Source: Caldilineales bacterium (GTDB lineage: Bacteria; Chloroflexota; Anaerolineae; JAAEKA01). From it: a DNA stretch of 64,000 bases. A program made the position numbers and the translations under genes. Under the pieces are notes generated by a model that saw only the letters and a list, made by a program, of their open reading frames with translations, was not told the DNA's origin and ran no database searches. Shown in pieces: positions 1 through 12,922 of this stretch. The stretch is from NCBI GenBank assembly GCA_025055015.1, contig JANWYQ010000007.1, forward strand, positions 1,440-65,439, given 5' to 3'. Numbering within the stretch: the stretch's first letter is position 1; each line of letters opens with the position of its first letter.

Positions 1-960
1 GTGGACTTCGCCATCACCATCGGCTACGACGAGGTGGAGCCGGAGGACCTGGAGATGCTGCAGGGCATCCTCAACCTCAGCGAGCCGCAGATGGGCGCCA
101 TCTACGCGCTGCGCCGCCGCCTGGGCCCGGCCTGGCTCTCCCGCTTCTTGGACGACGACTGGATCGAGCAGCAGGGCATCGAGGACCCGGAGACGGGCAG
201 GAGCGAGAGCGGGCTGAAGGTGCTGGCCGACAGCATGGGCCAGACCTACCAGACTCTAGCCGCGCTGCACCGCCGGCTGGAGCGCTTCCGCCGCTATGGG
301 TTCCTCACCCCCGGCCGGGGGAACGACGCGGTAGACCGCATCCTGCGCTACCTGGACGCCCAGAAGAACGTGGTGCTCGAGTTCGGCCGCTACGGCAACC
401 AGCTGGACGCCTACATCTTCGTGGCCAACTTCCTCACCCGCCGCATCCACCAGCGGTACGTGGAGAAGAAAGAAGCGGCCTTCGGCAACCGCAGCGCCGA
501 GCCTCAGCCGCTGGTGATCACCATCGAGGAGGCGCACAAGTTCCTGGACCCGTCCATCGCCGGCCACACCATCTTCGGCACCATCGCGCGCGAGCTGCGC
601 AAGTACAACGTCACCCTGCTGGTGGTGGACCAGCGCCCCAGCCAGATTGACCCGGAGGTGATGAGCCAGATCGGCACCCGCGTGACCGCTTTGCTGGACA
701 ACGAGGAGGACATCCGCGCCGTGTTGATGGGCGTGAGCGGCGCGGCCGGGCTGCGAGAGGTATTGGCGCGGCTGGACACCCGCCAGCAGGCGCTGATCCT
801 GGGCCACGCGGTGCCCATGCCGGTGGTAGTGCGCACGCGCGCCTACGACGCGGCCTTCTTCAGGGAGATGGGCTTCACGGACGAGGAGGAGCTCCCCCGA
901 CGGCTGGAGGAGAACCGCCGACGGATGCGCGGGGATGAGGGGTTCGAGGGGTTTGATTAG
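1..960 (+). CDS. HerA/DUF87-type P-loop ATPase, C-terminal part (5' end outside window)
   Basis: ORF is open to the window edge. 'ITIEEAHKFLD' and 'LLVVDQRPSQIDPEVMSQIGTRV' resemble the Walker-B/C-terminal region of HerA/DUF87 ATPases. Confidence 0.55.
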   Translation: MDFAITIGYDEVEPEDLEMLQGILNLSEPQMGAIYALRRRLGPAWLSRFLDDDWIEQQGIEDPETGRSESGLKVLADSMGQTYQTLAALHRRLERFRRYGFLTPGRGNDAVDRILRYLDAQKNVVLEFGRYGNQLDAYIFVANFLTRRIHQRYVEKKEAAFGNRSAEPQPLVITIEEAHKFLDPSIAGHTIFGTIARELRKYNVTLLVVDQRPSQIDPEVMSQIGTRVTALLDNEEDIRAVLMGVSGAAGLREVLARLDTRQQALILGHAVPMPVVVRTRAYDAAFFREMGFTDEEELPRRLEENRRRMRGDEGFEGFD

Positions 961-1147
961 CGCAGTGCGCGACGAACAGGGGGCAGTCGCTGCGCAGCGG
1001 CGCTGAGATTTGGCCTGTGGCCCGCCTAAGGGCCTGCGTCCGGCATGCCTGGGGGCGCCGGCGGCTCCGGCCAGCCGTTCGGAGCTCTAGCCCAACGGGA
1101 CTAAGATTGTGCCTCTCCCTGACCCGCCTAAGGCTTGTTATGCGTTC

Positions 1148-1345
1148 GCGGTCGAGACTTTGGCCGATGGTCCTGGTTATGAGCCCGGCGTCGAGGCTTG
1201 AGCCGGTGGATCTGGGAGGGCGGGCGTGCCCGAATGACCGGCTGAAGCCCCCAGTCCATGTCGGGAGGACGAGGAATGACCGGAGGGTCGAGGCCTTGGC
1301 TGGTGTTTCGGCTATGTGCGGCGTCGAGGCTTGAACCGATGGATA
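1148..1345. repeat. four copies of a ~25-nt degenerate motif GTCGAGRCTTGRNCCGRTGG arranged as two ~133-nt units
   Basis: Copies start near 1148, 1188, 1283 and 1319. Copies 2 and 4 are 22/25 identical. Confidence 0.7.
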
Positions 1346-1374
1346 AGGTGATGGAAACTTGGCGCCATTGAGCC

Positions 1375-2256
1375 TTAGCCGGCGGGTTCGCCTGACGCGC
1401 CCGCCTGACAGGCGCTGGACGGGCGGTGGGCGGACTCGGCCAGGGAGCGGGCCAGGGAGGCCACCGCCGCCGCGGGATCGGCCTCGGCCGCGGCCGCCAG
1501 CTTCACCAGCGCGCTGCCCACGATCACGCCGTCGGCCAGCGCCGCCACCTGCGCAGCCTGGGCCGGCGTGCTGATGCCAAAGCCCACGGCCAAGGGCAGC
1601 GGATCAGCCGGCGACTGGCGCAACGCCTCGGCCCGCACGCGCGCCACGAACTCCGCCAGGTCGGCCGGCAGCGCGTCCCGCGCGCCGGTGATGCCGGTCA
1701 CGCTCACCAGGTAGACGAAGCCCTGGCTGCGGGCCAGGGCCAGGGCAATGCGGCCCGGCGTGCTGGTGGGAGCCAGGAGGAAGACCGGCGCGAGGCCATG
1801 TCGCCGGCAGAGGGCGATCAGCTCGTCCGCCTCCGGCTCGTCGGGCGGCAGGTCGGGCACGATGAGGCCGTCGGCGCCGGCCGCAACGGCGTCGGCCACG
1901 AAGCGCTCCAGGCCGTAGGCCAGCAGGGGGTTGACGTAGCCCATCAGGCAGAAGGGCGGATCGGGCAGCTCGGCGCGCAGCTCGGCCACCATCTCCAGGC
2001 AGCGGGCCACGGTCATGCCGTTGTCCAGGGCCCGCTGCGCCGCGGCCTGGATCACCGGCCCATCGGCCAGGGGGTCGGAGAAGGGCACACCCAGCTCGAA
2101 GAGGTCGGCGCCCGCCAGGGCCAGGCTGCGGACGATGCGCAGGGACTGCTCCGGCGTGGGGTGGCCCAGCATCTGGTAGGGCATGAAGGCCGCGCGGCCC
2201 TCGGCTCGCGCGCGGGCGAAGGCGGCTCGAATGCGCTCAGCGCCGGTCGGTTTCAA
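1375..2256 (-). CDS. trpA: tryptophan synthase alpha chain
   Basis: '[10 protein letters not shown]...[23 protein letters not shown]' is the typical TrpA N-terminal signature. Full-length ORF of 293 aa. Confidence 0.9.
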   Translation of the reverse strand: MKPTGAERIRAAFARARAEGRAAFMPYQMLGHPTPEQSLRIVRSLALAGADLFELGVPFSDPLADGPVIQAAAQRALDNGMTVARCLEMVAELRAELPDPPFCLMGYVNPLLAYGLERFVADAVAAGADGLIVPDLPPDEPEADELIALCRRHGLAPVFLLAPTSTPGRIALALARSQGFVYLVSVTGITGARDALPADLAEFVARVRAEALRQSPADPLPLAVGFGISTPAQAAQVAALADGVIVGSALVKLAAAAEADPAAAVASLARSLAESAHRPSSACQAGASGEPAG

Positions 2257-2277
2257 GGCAACTCCTGAGCAGAGGGG

Positions 2278-2834
<557 letters not shown>

Positions 2835-2838
<4 letters not shown>

Positions 2839-3188
2839 GGGGTTGTGCTCTTGGCCCAGCGGTTCATGTGGCGCCAGCTCAACACCAGCCCCGGCACGAA
2901 GACGACGGCGAACGCCACCAACACGGCCCACGCGTAGGCGTCTACGCTCAGCTTGGCCGGGTAGAGGGCGACGGCTGCCAGCACGGTAGCCGCGCCGCTG
3001 GCCAGCAGCCACCTGCCGAAATAGGCGTTCACCTCGTACCAGAGGGCGGGGTTGTTGAGAGTCTGGGGCACCCGAAAGCCGTAGAGGACGTTGGGCTTGG
3101 CCTTGCGTTTGATCAGGGGGAGGGCCAGGAGCACCAGCCCCAGGCCGGCTACCACGTAGAACACCGTCAAGAAGAGCATCGGGGCCAC
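2835..3188 (-). CDS. SdpI/YhfL-like small membrane protein
   Basis: 117 aa with 4 hydrophobic segments. The 'NVLYGFRVPQTLNNPALW' loop resembles the SdpI/DUF1648 family. Its stop overlaps the macro-domain GTG (GTGA). Confidence 0.5.
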
Positions 3189-3239
3189 CTCCTGACATGC
3201 TCGAGGTACATAGGTTCGACCGGCCGAGGGATGACAGCT

Positions 3240-4283
3240 TTACATGGAGCGCCTGACCACGTAGTCGGCCAGATCGGCCAGCGCCTGGCGATAGATGTTG
3301 TCCGGCATGATCCGCAGCGCGTCCTTGGCTGCAGCGACAAAGGCCAGCGCGTCCTCGCGGGTGGCCTCGATGGCAGGTGAGCGGCCGATGTCGCGGATCA
3401 GCTGGTTCAGCGCCTCGTCGGCGCCGTTGCCGCGGCCGGCGGCACGCATGATCTGGATTGCCTCAGGGTGGGCCTGCAGATAGTGGAAGACGGGCAGGGT
3501 GACCGTGCCCTGGCGCAGGTCGCTGCCCACGGGCTTGCCCAACACCACCTCGTCGCCCACGAAGTCCAGGATGTCGTCCATGATCTGGAAGGCCATGCCC
3601 AGGTTGTAACCGTAGTCGCGCATGGCCGAGATGACGGCCTCGTCGTCGGTGCCCAGCACCGCCGCGGACTCGGTGGCAGCGGCAAAGAGGGCGGCCGTCT
3701 TGCCGTAGATGCGCCGGAAATAGGCCTCCTTGGGCTGGTCCCAGTTGCGCAGGTCGTAGAGCTGGCGCAGTTCCCCTTCGCAGATGGTCATCAGCGTCTG
3801 AGCGAAGATGCGCATGACGCGCACGTTGTCGGTCTCGGCGGCGAAATAGGCGGCGCGGGCAAAGACGAAGTCGCCGGCCAACACAGTAGCGCCGGTGCTC
3901 CAAGTGGCGTTCAGGGTGGGATGCCCGCGGCGCATCAGGGAGCCGTCCACCAGGTCGTCGTGCACCAGGGTGGCGGTGTGCAGGGTCTCGATGGCGGCCG
4001 CCAGGGACACCAGGCGCTCCTTGTCGATGTTGGGGAAGAACTTGCCCACCAACATGGCCGTGGCCGGCCGCAGCCGCTTGCCGCCGCTCTTCAACAGGAG
4101 GTCAATGGCGCCGGCCAGCGGCTGGAACACCTCGTTGGGCGCCTGCATCTTCGCCTCGACCAGCTTGAGGTCGTCGCTGATCAGGTCAAGAAACGCGTGA
4201 GGGTGGCTGCTCAAGGGGCTTTCTCCTGTGGCGACCGGTGGGTCGGCCAACATCGCGATTTTGTTTTCGTACACAGAAAACAC
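3240..4283 (-). CDS. polyprenyl diphosphate synthase (hepta/octaprenyl type)
   Basis: Both Asp-rich motifs are present: 'LVHDDLVDGSLMRRG' and 'FQIMDDILDF'. Confidence 0.85.
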   Translation of the reverse strand: MFSVYENKIAMLADPPVATGESPLSSHPHAFLDLISDDLKLVEAKMQAPNEVFQPLAGAIDLLLKSGGKRLRPATAMLVGKFFPNIDKERLVSLAAAIETLHTATLVHDDLVDGSLMRRGHPTLNATWSTGATVLAGDFVFARAAYFAAETDNVRVMRIFAQTLMTICEGELRQLYDLRNWDQPKEAYFRRIYGKTAALFAAATESAAVLGTDDEAVISAMRDYGYNLGMAFQIMDDILDFVGDEVVLGKPVGSDLRQGTVTLPVFHYLQAHPEAIQIMRAAGRGNGADEALNQLIRDIGRSPAIEATREDALAFVAAAKDALRIMPDNIYRQALADLADYVVRRSM

Positions 4284-4285
4284 GT

Positions 4286-5128
4286 TTAGCTCTCAATCGG
4301 CGGCGGCGCCAAGGCCGCGCCTGGAATGTTTTGGCCTGCTAGCTTGTAAAAAACCCGCCGGGCAAGGGCGGTCGTCTGCTCTGCTACCTCGGCTGGCGAC
4401 ACGCGCTGGAGCGCTGCCATGCTTTCAGCTATCAACACCAGGTAGGCAGGCTCGTTGCGCTGGCCCCGGTGGGGATGCGGCGCCAGGTAGGGCGCGTCGG
4501 TCTCCAGCAACAAGCGCTCCAAGGGCAACCTGGCCACCAGGCTGTGCAGCCCCTTGGCGTTGCGGAAGGTCACCGGGCCGCCCAAGGACAGCACCATGTT
4601 CCAGCCGAAGGCTTCCTCTGCCAGCGCCAAGTCGCCCGAATAGGCGTGTAGCACGCCCAGAATAGCATCACTTCCCCGGCGCTTCTGTGCGCCAGGCACC
4701 CATTTGCGCAGGACGTCACGGAGGTCGGCGTGCGCGTCTCGGCAGTGGATCACCACCGGCAAGTCCAGCTCGGCGGCCAGCTCCAGCTGCGCCTCGAAGG
4801 CGGCGTGTTGCTGACCGTGCGGCACCCGCTCCCAGTAGTAGTCCAGGCCGATCTCGCCGATGGCCACCACCTTGGGATGGGCGGCCAGGCGGCGCAGCTC
4901 CTCCAAAGTCTGGGCGTCGAAGTCGGCGCTGTCGTTGGGATGCACCCCCACCTGGGCGTAGACGCCGGGGTAACGCTCGGCGAGAGCGATAGCGCGGCGG
5001 CTGCTGGCCAGGTCCGTAGCCGGGTTGACGATCACCGCCACCCCAGCCCCAGCCGCTCGGCGCACCACCTCGTCGCGGTCTGTGTCGAAGTGGTGGAAGT
5101 CCAGGTGGCAGTGGGTGTCAACGAGCAT
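4286..5128 (-). CDS. TatD family metal-dependent hydrolase
   Basis: 'MLVDTHCHLDFHHF' N-terminus and 'LETDAPYLAPHPHRGQRNEP' C-terminal motif. Confidence 0.85.
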   Translation of the reverse strand: MLVDTHCHLDFHHFDTDRDEVVRRAAGAGVAVIVNPATDLASSRRAIALAERYPGVYAQVGVHPNDSADFDAQTLEELRRLAAHPKVVAIGEIGLDYYWERVPHGQQHAAFEAQLELAAELDLPVVIHCRDAHADLRDVLRKWVPGAQKRRGSDAILGVLHAYSGDLALAEEAFGWNMVLSLGGPVTFRNAKGLHSLVARLPLERLLLETDAPYLAPHPHRGQRNEPAYLVLIAESMAALQRVSPAEVAEQTTALARRVFYKLAGQNIPGAALAPPPIES

Positions 5129-5139
5129 GGCGGCGCGGC

Positions 5140-6576
5140 CTACTCCTTGAGCCCGGCCAGCTCCAGCCCGGCGTCCAGGTTGGCCTGCACCTGCTCCGGC
5201 CGGGTGGTCTCGGTGTAGACGCGGATGATGGGCTCGGTGCCGCTGAAGCGGATCAACAGAAAGCCGCCGTCCGCCAGGTTGTACTTGTAGCCGTCCATGC
5301 CGTTGAAGCTGACCACCGGCACGCCGGCGATCTCGGCTGGCCGGGCGGCGTCCAAGCGGGCCTTGGCCTCCGGCCGCTTCTCCGGCGGGAAGCGGGTGTC
5401 CACCCGGTGGTAGTAGTAGCGGCTGCCCACCTCTTCGAACAGCATCTCCACCAGCTCGCTGGGCCGCTTGCCGGTCTTGACCATGAAGTCGAGGAAGTTC
5501 AGGCCGGCCAGGATGCCATCGCGCTCCGGCACGTGGCCGCCGAAGGCGTAGCCGCCGCTCTCCTCGCCGCCGATCATGGCGCCGGTCTCCAGCATCTTCG
5601 GGGCCACGAACTTGAAGCCGACGCCCACCTCGTGGACGGCCACGCCGTAGCGTTGGCCCAGCTTCTCCAGCATGGAGGTGGTGGAGAGGGCCTTGACGAT
5701 GGGCGCGCGCAGCCCGCGCACCTTGAGCAGGTAAAGCGCCATCAGGCCGTAGGCGCGCAGCTGGTCAATGAACTCGCCGTGCTCGTCGGCCAGGCCGATG
5801 CGGTCGGCGTCCCCGTCGGTGATGATGGCCACGTCCGCGCCCACCTCCCGCACCTTGGCCAGGCAGGCGTCCACGTTGGGGCGAATGGGCTCCGGCCGCT
5901 GCATCTCCGGGAAGAGAGGGTTGCGGCCGGCGTGGATGGCGACCACCCGCGTCCGGCCGCCGGCCAGCAGCTCGTCGAACCAGCCGGCGCCGTTGCCCCA
6001 CATGGCGTCGTAGACCACGGTCAGGCCGGCCTGCCGGATGGCCTCCACGTCCACCAGCTCGCGGATGCGGGCCAGGTAGGCGGGCTTAGGGTCGAAGCGG
6101 CGAATGAGTCCCTCCCGCTCGGCGCGGTCCAGGGACATGCGGCGCACGTCGGCCACCGAGGCAGGGATGGCGGCCTCGATGCGCTGCAGGCCTTCGGGGT
6201 CAATGGCGCCGCCCTGGGGGGTGCGCACCTTGAAGCCGTTGTCCCACGGTGGGTTGTGACTGGCGGTGATGTTCACCGCGCCCAGCGCACGGCGGTGCAC
6301 CACCTGGTAGGAGATGGCCGGCGTAGGGGTGGGGCCGTCGCACAGGTGCACGGGGATGCCGTTGCCGGCCAACACCTCCGCCACGGCCAGGGCGAAGTCC
6401 TCGGCCAGGAAGCGCTTGTCGTGGCCCACCACCACCCCACGGCCGATCTCAGGCGCCGGAAAGGTGGTCAGGATGTAGGAGGCGAAGCCCTGGGTGCAGC
6501 GGCGCAGGTTGTCGAAGGTGTAGTCCTCGGCGATCTTGCCGCGCCAACCGTCGGTACCAAAGCGGATCTCGGTCAT
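5140..6576 (-). CDS. phosphomannomutase/phosphoglucomutase (alpha-D-phosphohexomutase)
   Basis: 'FGTDGWRG' and active-site loop '[14 protein letters not shown]'. Metal loop 'ITDGDADR'. Confidence 0.85.
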   Translation of the reverse strand: MTEIRFGTDGWRGKIAEDYTFDNLRRCTQGFASYILTTFPAPEIGRGVVVGHDKRFLAEDFALAVAEVLAGNGIPVHLCDGPTPTPAISYQVVHRRALGAVNITASHNPPWDNGFKVRTPQGGAIDPEGLQRIEAAIPASVADVRRMSLDRAEREGLIRRFDPKPAYLARIRELVDVEAIRQAGLTVVYDAMWGNGAGWFDELLAGGRTRVVAIHAGRNPLFPEMQRPEPIRPNVDACLAKVREVGADVAIITDGDADRIGLADEHGEFIDQLRAYGLMALYLLKVRGLRAPIVKALSTTSMLEKLGQRYGVAVHEVGVGFKFVAPKMLETGAMIGGEESGGYAFGGHVPERDGILAGLNFLDFMVKTGKRPSELVEMLFEEVGSRYYYHRVDTRFPPEKRPEAKARLDAARPAEIAGVPVVSFNGMDGYKYNLADGGFLLIRFSGTEPIIRVYTETTRPEQVQANLDAGLELAGLKE

Positions 6577-6636
6577 TGGGGGATCCTCGGGGGGGAGTGA
6601 TGCGTAACGAGCACGGCGTAATGCTCGATCGCTTGG

Positions 6637-8019
6637 CTACGCAGTGCGCACGATGCTCTCCACCACTGTCTCGGCAATGCGCCGGGCCTCGCGGCGCAGG
6701 TCGTCCACCGAGTGGCCCGCGCCCTGGATCATCACCCGCACCACCGGCTCGGTGCCGGAGTAGCGCACGTTGATCAGCGTGTCCGGGCCTAGGGTTTGGC
6801 GCGCGCGCTCGATCTGCGCCTGCACGGCGGGCAGGGTCTCCAGGGGAGGCTTGGCGGGCACGGCGGCCTTCTCCAGCACCTGGGGGACCTTGGTCAGCAC
6901 GCCGGCGGCCAGCTGCGAGAAGGGGGTGGGGCGATGGCGCAGCAGGAGCTGGCTCATGCGCAGGGCCGTGTAGAGGCCGTCGCCGGTGGTCAGGCCGTGC
7001 TCGAACAGGATGATGTGGCCCGACTGCTCGCCGCCGAGGGCGTAGCCGCCCTCGCGCATGCGCTGCGACACCCACTTGTCGCCCACCTGGGTGCGCTCCA
7101 GCCGCGCGCCGATCTGGCGCAGGGAGAGGTCCAGCCCCAGGTTGGCCATGTGGGTGGTGACCACGGTGTTGCCGGACAGCCCACCGTTGGCCTGCAGGTC
7201 GCGGGCCAGGATGGCCAGGATGTAGTCGCCGTCCCGCTCGACGCCGGTCTCGTCCAAGAACTTGCAGCGGTCCGCGTCGCCGTCGAACACGAAGCCGACG
7301 TCGGCCATGGCGGCCAGCACCGCCTGGCCGGCCCGCTGGGGGCCGTCGCCTTCGGTGCCGCAGTGGACGTTGATGTTGACGCCGTTGGGCCACACGTTCA
7401 GGGCCACGACTTCGGCCCCTAGACGACGGAACACCTCCGGCGCCAGCATCGAGGCCGCGCCGTTGGCGCAGTCCAACACCACCCGCAGGCCGCTCAGCGC
7501 GCCCTCGCCGCCGAAGACGTTGATCAAGTGGTTCACGTAGCGCTGGCCCAGGTTGGGCACCAGGCGCACTGTGCCGGGCAGGCCGTTGGTGTTCCAGCTC
7601 TGGTCCTCGTCCAGGGCTAGGGCCTCGATCTGCAGTTCCAGCTCGTCGCTGGCCTTGAAGCCATGGCCCTCGAAGACCTTGATGCCGTTGTCCCAGTAGG
7701 GGTTGTGGGACGCGGAGACCACCACGCCGAAGGTGGCGCCGGTCTGGGCCGTCAGGTAGGCGATGCCGGGGGTGGTGAACTGGTCCAACAGCATGGCGTC
7801 CACGCCCTGGGCCAGCAGGCCGGCCAGCAGCGCGCTCTCCAGCATGTAGCCGGAGCGCCGGGTGTCGCGGCCTACCAGGACCACAGGCCGCTCGCTGCGC
7901 TGCTGCGCTAGGTGGCCGATGGCCCGGCCCAGGCGCAGGGTGAACTCGGGCGTCAGGGGCCACTCGCCGGCCTTGGCGCGGATGCCGTCGGTGCCGAAGA
8001 GACGGGGATGCGATGCCAT
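6637..8019 (-). CDS. glmM: phosphoglucosamine mutase
   Basis: 'LFGTDGIRAKAGEWPLTPE', 'SASHNPYWDNGIKVF', 'FDGDADR', 'GGEQSGHII' are GlmM-type motifs. Confidence 0.85.
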   Translation of the reverse strand: MASHPRLFGTDGIRAKAGEWPLTPEFTLRLGRAIGHLAQQRSERPVVLVGRDTRRSGYMLESALLAGLLAQGVDAMLLDQFTTPGIAYLTAQTGATFGVVVSASHNPYWDNGIKVFEGHGFKASDELELQIEALALDEDQSWNTNGLPGTVRLVPNLGQRYVNHLINVFGGEGALSGLRVVLDCANGAASMLAPEVFRRLGAEVVALNVWPNGVNINVHCGTEGDGPQRAGQAVLAAMADVGFVFDGDADRCKFLDETGVERDGDYILAILARDLQANGGLSGNTVVTTHMANLGLDLSLRQIGARLERTQVGDKWVSQRMREGGYALGGEQSGHIILFEHGLTTGDGLYTALRMSQLLLRHRPTPFSQLAAGVLTKVPQVLEKAAVPAKPPLETLPAVQAQIERARQTLGPDTLINVRYSGTEPVVRVMIQGAGHSVDDLRREARRIAETVVESIVRTA

Positions 8020-8061
8020 AGCAGTTGCGTTGGGAGCTGGGCCTGGCGCAGTTCGGCCGGC

Positions 8062-9060
<999 letters not shown>

Positions 9061-9125
9061 CTATGGTCTTTCCGCCGCACCTGCGCTGACGCCACAGGTG
9101 CGAGAGCAACGAAGCTTGCCCTTCA

Positions 9126-10121
9126 TCACCGGCGGGCCTGTAGCTCCAGTGGGGTAGGGTCGGCAGCGCCGCTGCGCACTTGCTCGCGCCAGTAGTCCAG
9201 CACGTCGCGCACGCTCTGCTCGAAGGGGATCTCCGTGCGCCAGCCTGTCTGCCGGTATAGGCGGGTGCAGTCGGCCGCCATGACGGGAACCTCCACCGGA
9301 CGGGCGCGCTGGGCGTCCTGGACCACCTCTACGGGGATGGCAACGGCTGCCAGCAACACGTCTAGCAGCTCGGCCACTGTGTGAGCCTGGCCGCTGCCCA
9401 GGTTGTAGACCTCGCCGGGCTGGCCCTGGGTGAGGGCGAGGGTGTAGCCGCGCACGATGTCCCGCACGTCGCTGAAGTCGCGGGCCACGTGGAGCACGCC
9501 GACGTGAATGCGCGGCGGCCGCAGGCCGGCTTCGATCTCCGCCAGCTGCGAGGCGAAGTCGGCGGCCACGAAGCCCCGGCGCTGCCGCGGGCCGATGTGG
9601 TTGAAGGGCCGCACCCGCACCGCCTCCACCCGATGGCTGAGCCAGTACTGCAGCCCCAGGAAGTCCTGCGCGATCTTGCTGACCGCATAGGGAGACAGGG
9701 GCCGCAGGGGGGTGTCCTCGGCGATGGGCAGCTCGTGGGGCTCAACCGCGCCGTACTCCTCGCTGGAACCCACCACCAGCACGCGGCAGCGCAGCCGCAT
9801 CTGCGCCACGGCCTCGAGCACGTTGACCTGTGCCCGGATGTTGTTCTCCAGGGTGAACCAGGGATCTTGGTGGGACAGGGAGGGAATAGGCTGGGCCGCC
9901 AGGTGGAAGATGTAGTCGGGCTGCGTCTCCTCCAGGATAAAGCGCACCACCTCCAGCCGGGAGAGCTCCGCGGGAAAAAGCTGGAGGCGATCTCTCAGGT
10001 GGGCGATGTTGTCCAGCCGGCCGTACACCGTGCCCGCCACCTGCCAATCGGTGTGGCGCAGCAAGTACTCGGCCAGGTGGCTGCCGACGAAGCCTGAGAT
10101 GCCGGTGATGAGGGCCCGCAT
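9126..10121 (-). CDS. rmd: GDP-4-dehydro-6-deoxy-D-mannose reductase-like SDR (Rmd-like)
   Basis: 'MRALITGISGFVGSHLAEYLL', 'SPYAVSKIAQD'. Sits directly downstream of gmd. Internal ATG at 10121 chosen (Rossmann motif starts at residue 2). Confidence 0.7.
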   Translation of the reverse strand: MRALITGISGFVGSHLAEYLLRHTDWQVAGTVYGRLDNIAHLRDRLQLFPAELSRLEVVRFILEETQPDYIFHLAAQPIPSLSHQDPWFTLENNIRAQVNVLEAVAQMRLRCRVLVVGSSEEYGAVEPHELPIAEDTPLRPLSPYAVSKIAQDFLGLQYWLSHRVEAVRVRPFNHIGPRQRRGFVAADFASQLAEIEAGLRPPRIHVGVLHVARDFSDVRDIVRGYTLALTQGQPGEVYNLGSGQAHTVAELLDVLLAAVAIPVEVVQDAQRARPVEVPVMAADCTRLYRQTGWRTEIPFEQSVRDVLDYWREQVRSGAADPTPLELQARR

Positions 10122-10130
10122 GGGAAGAGC

Positions 10131-10172
10131 ATGCGTAACGAGCAATGCGCAACGAGCAATGTGCAACGAGCA
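10131..10172. repeat. 3 tandem 14-nt units ATGYGYAACGAGCA
   Basis: ATGCGTAACGAGCA / ATGCGCAACGAGCA / ATGTGCAACGAGCA lie head to tail. Further single copies are at 6600-6613 and 14005-14017. An inverted partner is at 10254-10267. Confidence 0.85.
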
Positions 10173-10272
10173 GGAGAACGCGCAACTCGCAACGCTCGCT
10201 ACGTTCGCAACGGTGGCTATGCGTTGCCGGTCACGGGTTACACGTCACGCAATGCGCATTGCTCGTTCGTCC

Positions 10273-11487
10273 CTAGTCCAACCCCGCCTCGTGCCGCAAG
10301 ATTTTCGCCTTGTCGGTGCGCTCCCAGGGCGCGTCGATGTCGGTGCGGCCGAAGTGGCCGTAGGTGGCCGTGGGGCGATAGATGGGCCGGCGCAGGTTCA
10401 GGTCGCGGATGATGGCGGCCGGCCGCAGGTCGAAGTGCTCGCGGATCAGCTCGATGATGCGCTCGTCGGACACGCGGCCGGTGCCGAAGGTCTCCACGCT
10501 GATGGACAGGGGCCGGGCCACGCCGATGGCATAGCTGATCTGCAGCTCCAGGCGGTCGGCCAGGCCGGCGGCGACGCAGTTCTTGGCGATGTAGCGGGCC
10601 ATGTAGGCGCCGGAGCGGTCCACCTTGGTCGGGTCCTTGCCGCTGAACGCGCCGCCGCCGTGTCGCGCCATGCCGCCGTAGGTGTCCACGATGATCTTGC
10701 GGCCGGTAAGGCCGGCGTCGCCCATGGGGCCGCCGATCACGAAGCGGCCGGTGGGGTTCACGTAGATCTTGGTGCGCTCGTCCAGCAGGCCGTTGGGCAC
10801 CACGTACTTGATCACCCGCTCGATCAGGTCGGCCTTGATCTTGTGCTGCGAGACATCCGGCGAGTGTTGGCAGGAGATGAGGATGGTGTCGACGCGCTTG
10901 GGCTTGCCGTGGGAGTACTCCACCGTCACCTGGCTCTTGCCGTCGGGGCGCAGGTAGGGCAGGGTGCCGTCCTTGCGCACGTGGGCCAGCCGCTTGCACA
11001 GGCCATGGGCCAGGGAGATGGGCAGGGGCATCAGCTCCGGGGTCTCGTCGCAGGCGAAGCCCACCATCATGCCCTGGTCGCCGGCGCCGATGGCCTCGAT
11101 CTGGTCGTCGGTCATCTCGCCCAGCTTGTGCTCTAGGGCCTCGTCCACGCCCAGGGCGATGTCGGCCGACTGTTCCTTGATGGAGACGATGACGCCGCAG
11201 GTCTCGGCGTCGAAGCCGTACTTGCCGCGGGTGTAGCCGATGTCGGTGACCACCTGCCGCACCAGGGCGCCGATGTCTACGTAGGTGCTGGTGGTGATCT
11301 CGCCCATCACCAGCACCAGGCCGGTGGTGACAGCGGTCTCGCAGGCCACGCGCGCGTCGGGATCGTCGGCGATGATCGCGTCCAACACCGCGTCGCTGAT
11401 CTGGTCACACATCTTGTCGGGATGGCCTTCGGTCACCGACTCCGATGTGAAGAAAAGCTGCGGTGAGGTCATGAAGGTCGTACTCAT
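10273..11487 (-). CDS. metK: S-adenosylmethionine synthetase
   Basis: '[25 protein letters not shown]', '[12 protein letters not shown]', '[19 protein letters not shown]'. ATG at 11487. Confidence 0.95.
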   Translation of the reverse strand: MSTTFMTSPQLFFTSESVTEGHPDKMCDQISDAVLDAIIADDPDARVACETAVTTGLVLVMGEITTSTYVDIGALVRQVVTDIGYTRGKYGFDAETCGVIVSIKEQSADIALGVDEALEHKLGEMTDDQIEAIGAGDQGMMVGFACDETPELMPLPISLAHGLCKRLAHVRKDGTLPYLRPDGKSQVTVEYSHGKPKRVDTILISCQHSPDVSQHKIKADLIERVIKYVVPNGLLDERTKIYVNPTGRFVIGGPMGDAGLTGRKIIVDTYGGMARHGGGAFSGKDPTKVDRSGAYMARYIAKNCVAAGLADRLELQISYAIGVARPLSISVETFGTGRVSDERIIELIREHFDLRPAAIIRDLNLRRPIYRPTATYGHFGRTDIDAPWERTDKAKILRHEAGLD

Positions 11488-11531
11488 GGGGTATCGGATC
11501 TCCTTTGGGTGGGAGTTGGGTTCGGGGAGCG

Positions 11532-12842
<1,311 letters not shown>

Positions 12843-12922
12843 TCACCGGAAACGAGAGATGCGTCGTGCGTAACCGGGGAATGGGATGGGCGTCCGCCAG
12901 ATTGCTCGGCACCTAGCCCTTG

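Noticed and set aside
1148-1345. Possible CRISPR array
   Set aside because: The repeats are degenerate (about 70-90% identity), and the spacings of 15-70 nt are irregular and too short. There are no cas genes.
10131-10412. Plus-strand mini-ORFs beginning MRNE(Q/H/P) at 10131, 6600 and 14005
   Set aside because: The shared peptide start is just the translated repeat core. The ORFs run antisense into metK, glmM and mtnA and diverge immediately, so the conservation is at the DNA/RNA level.
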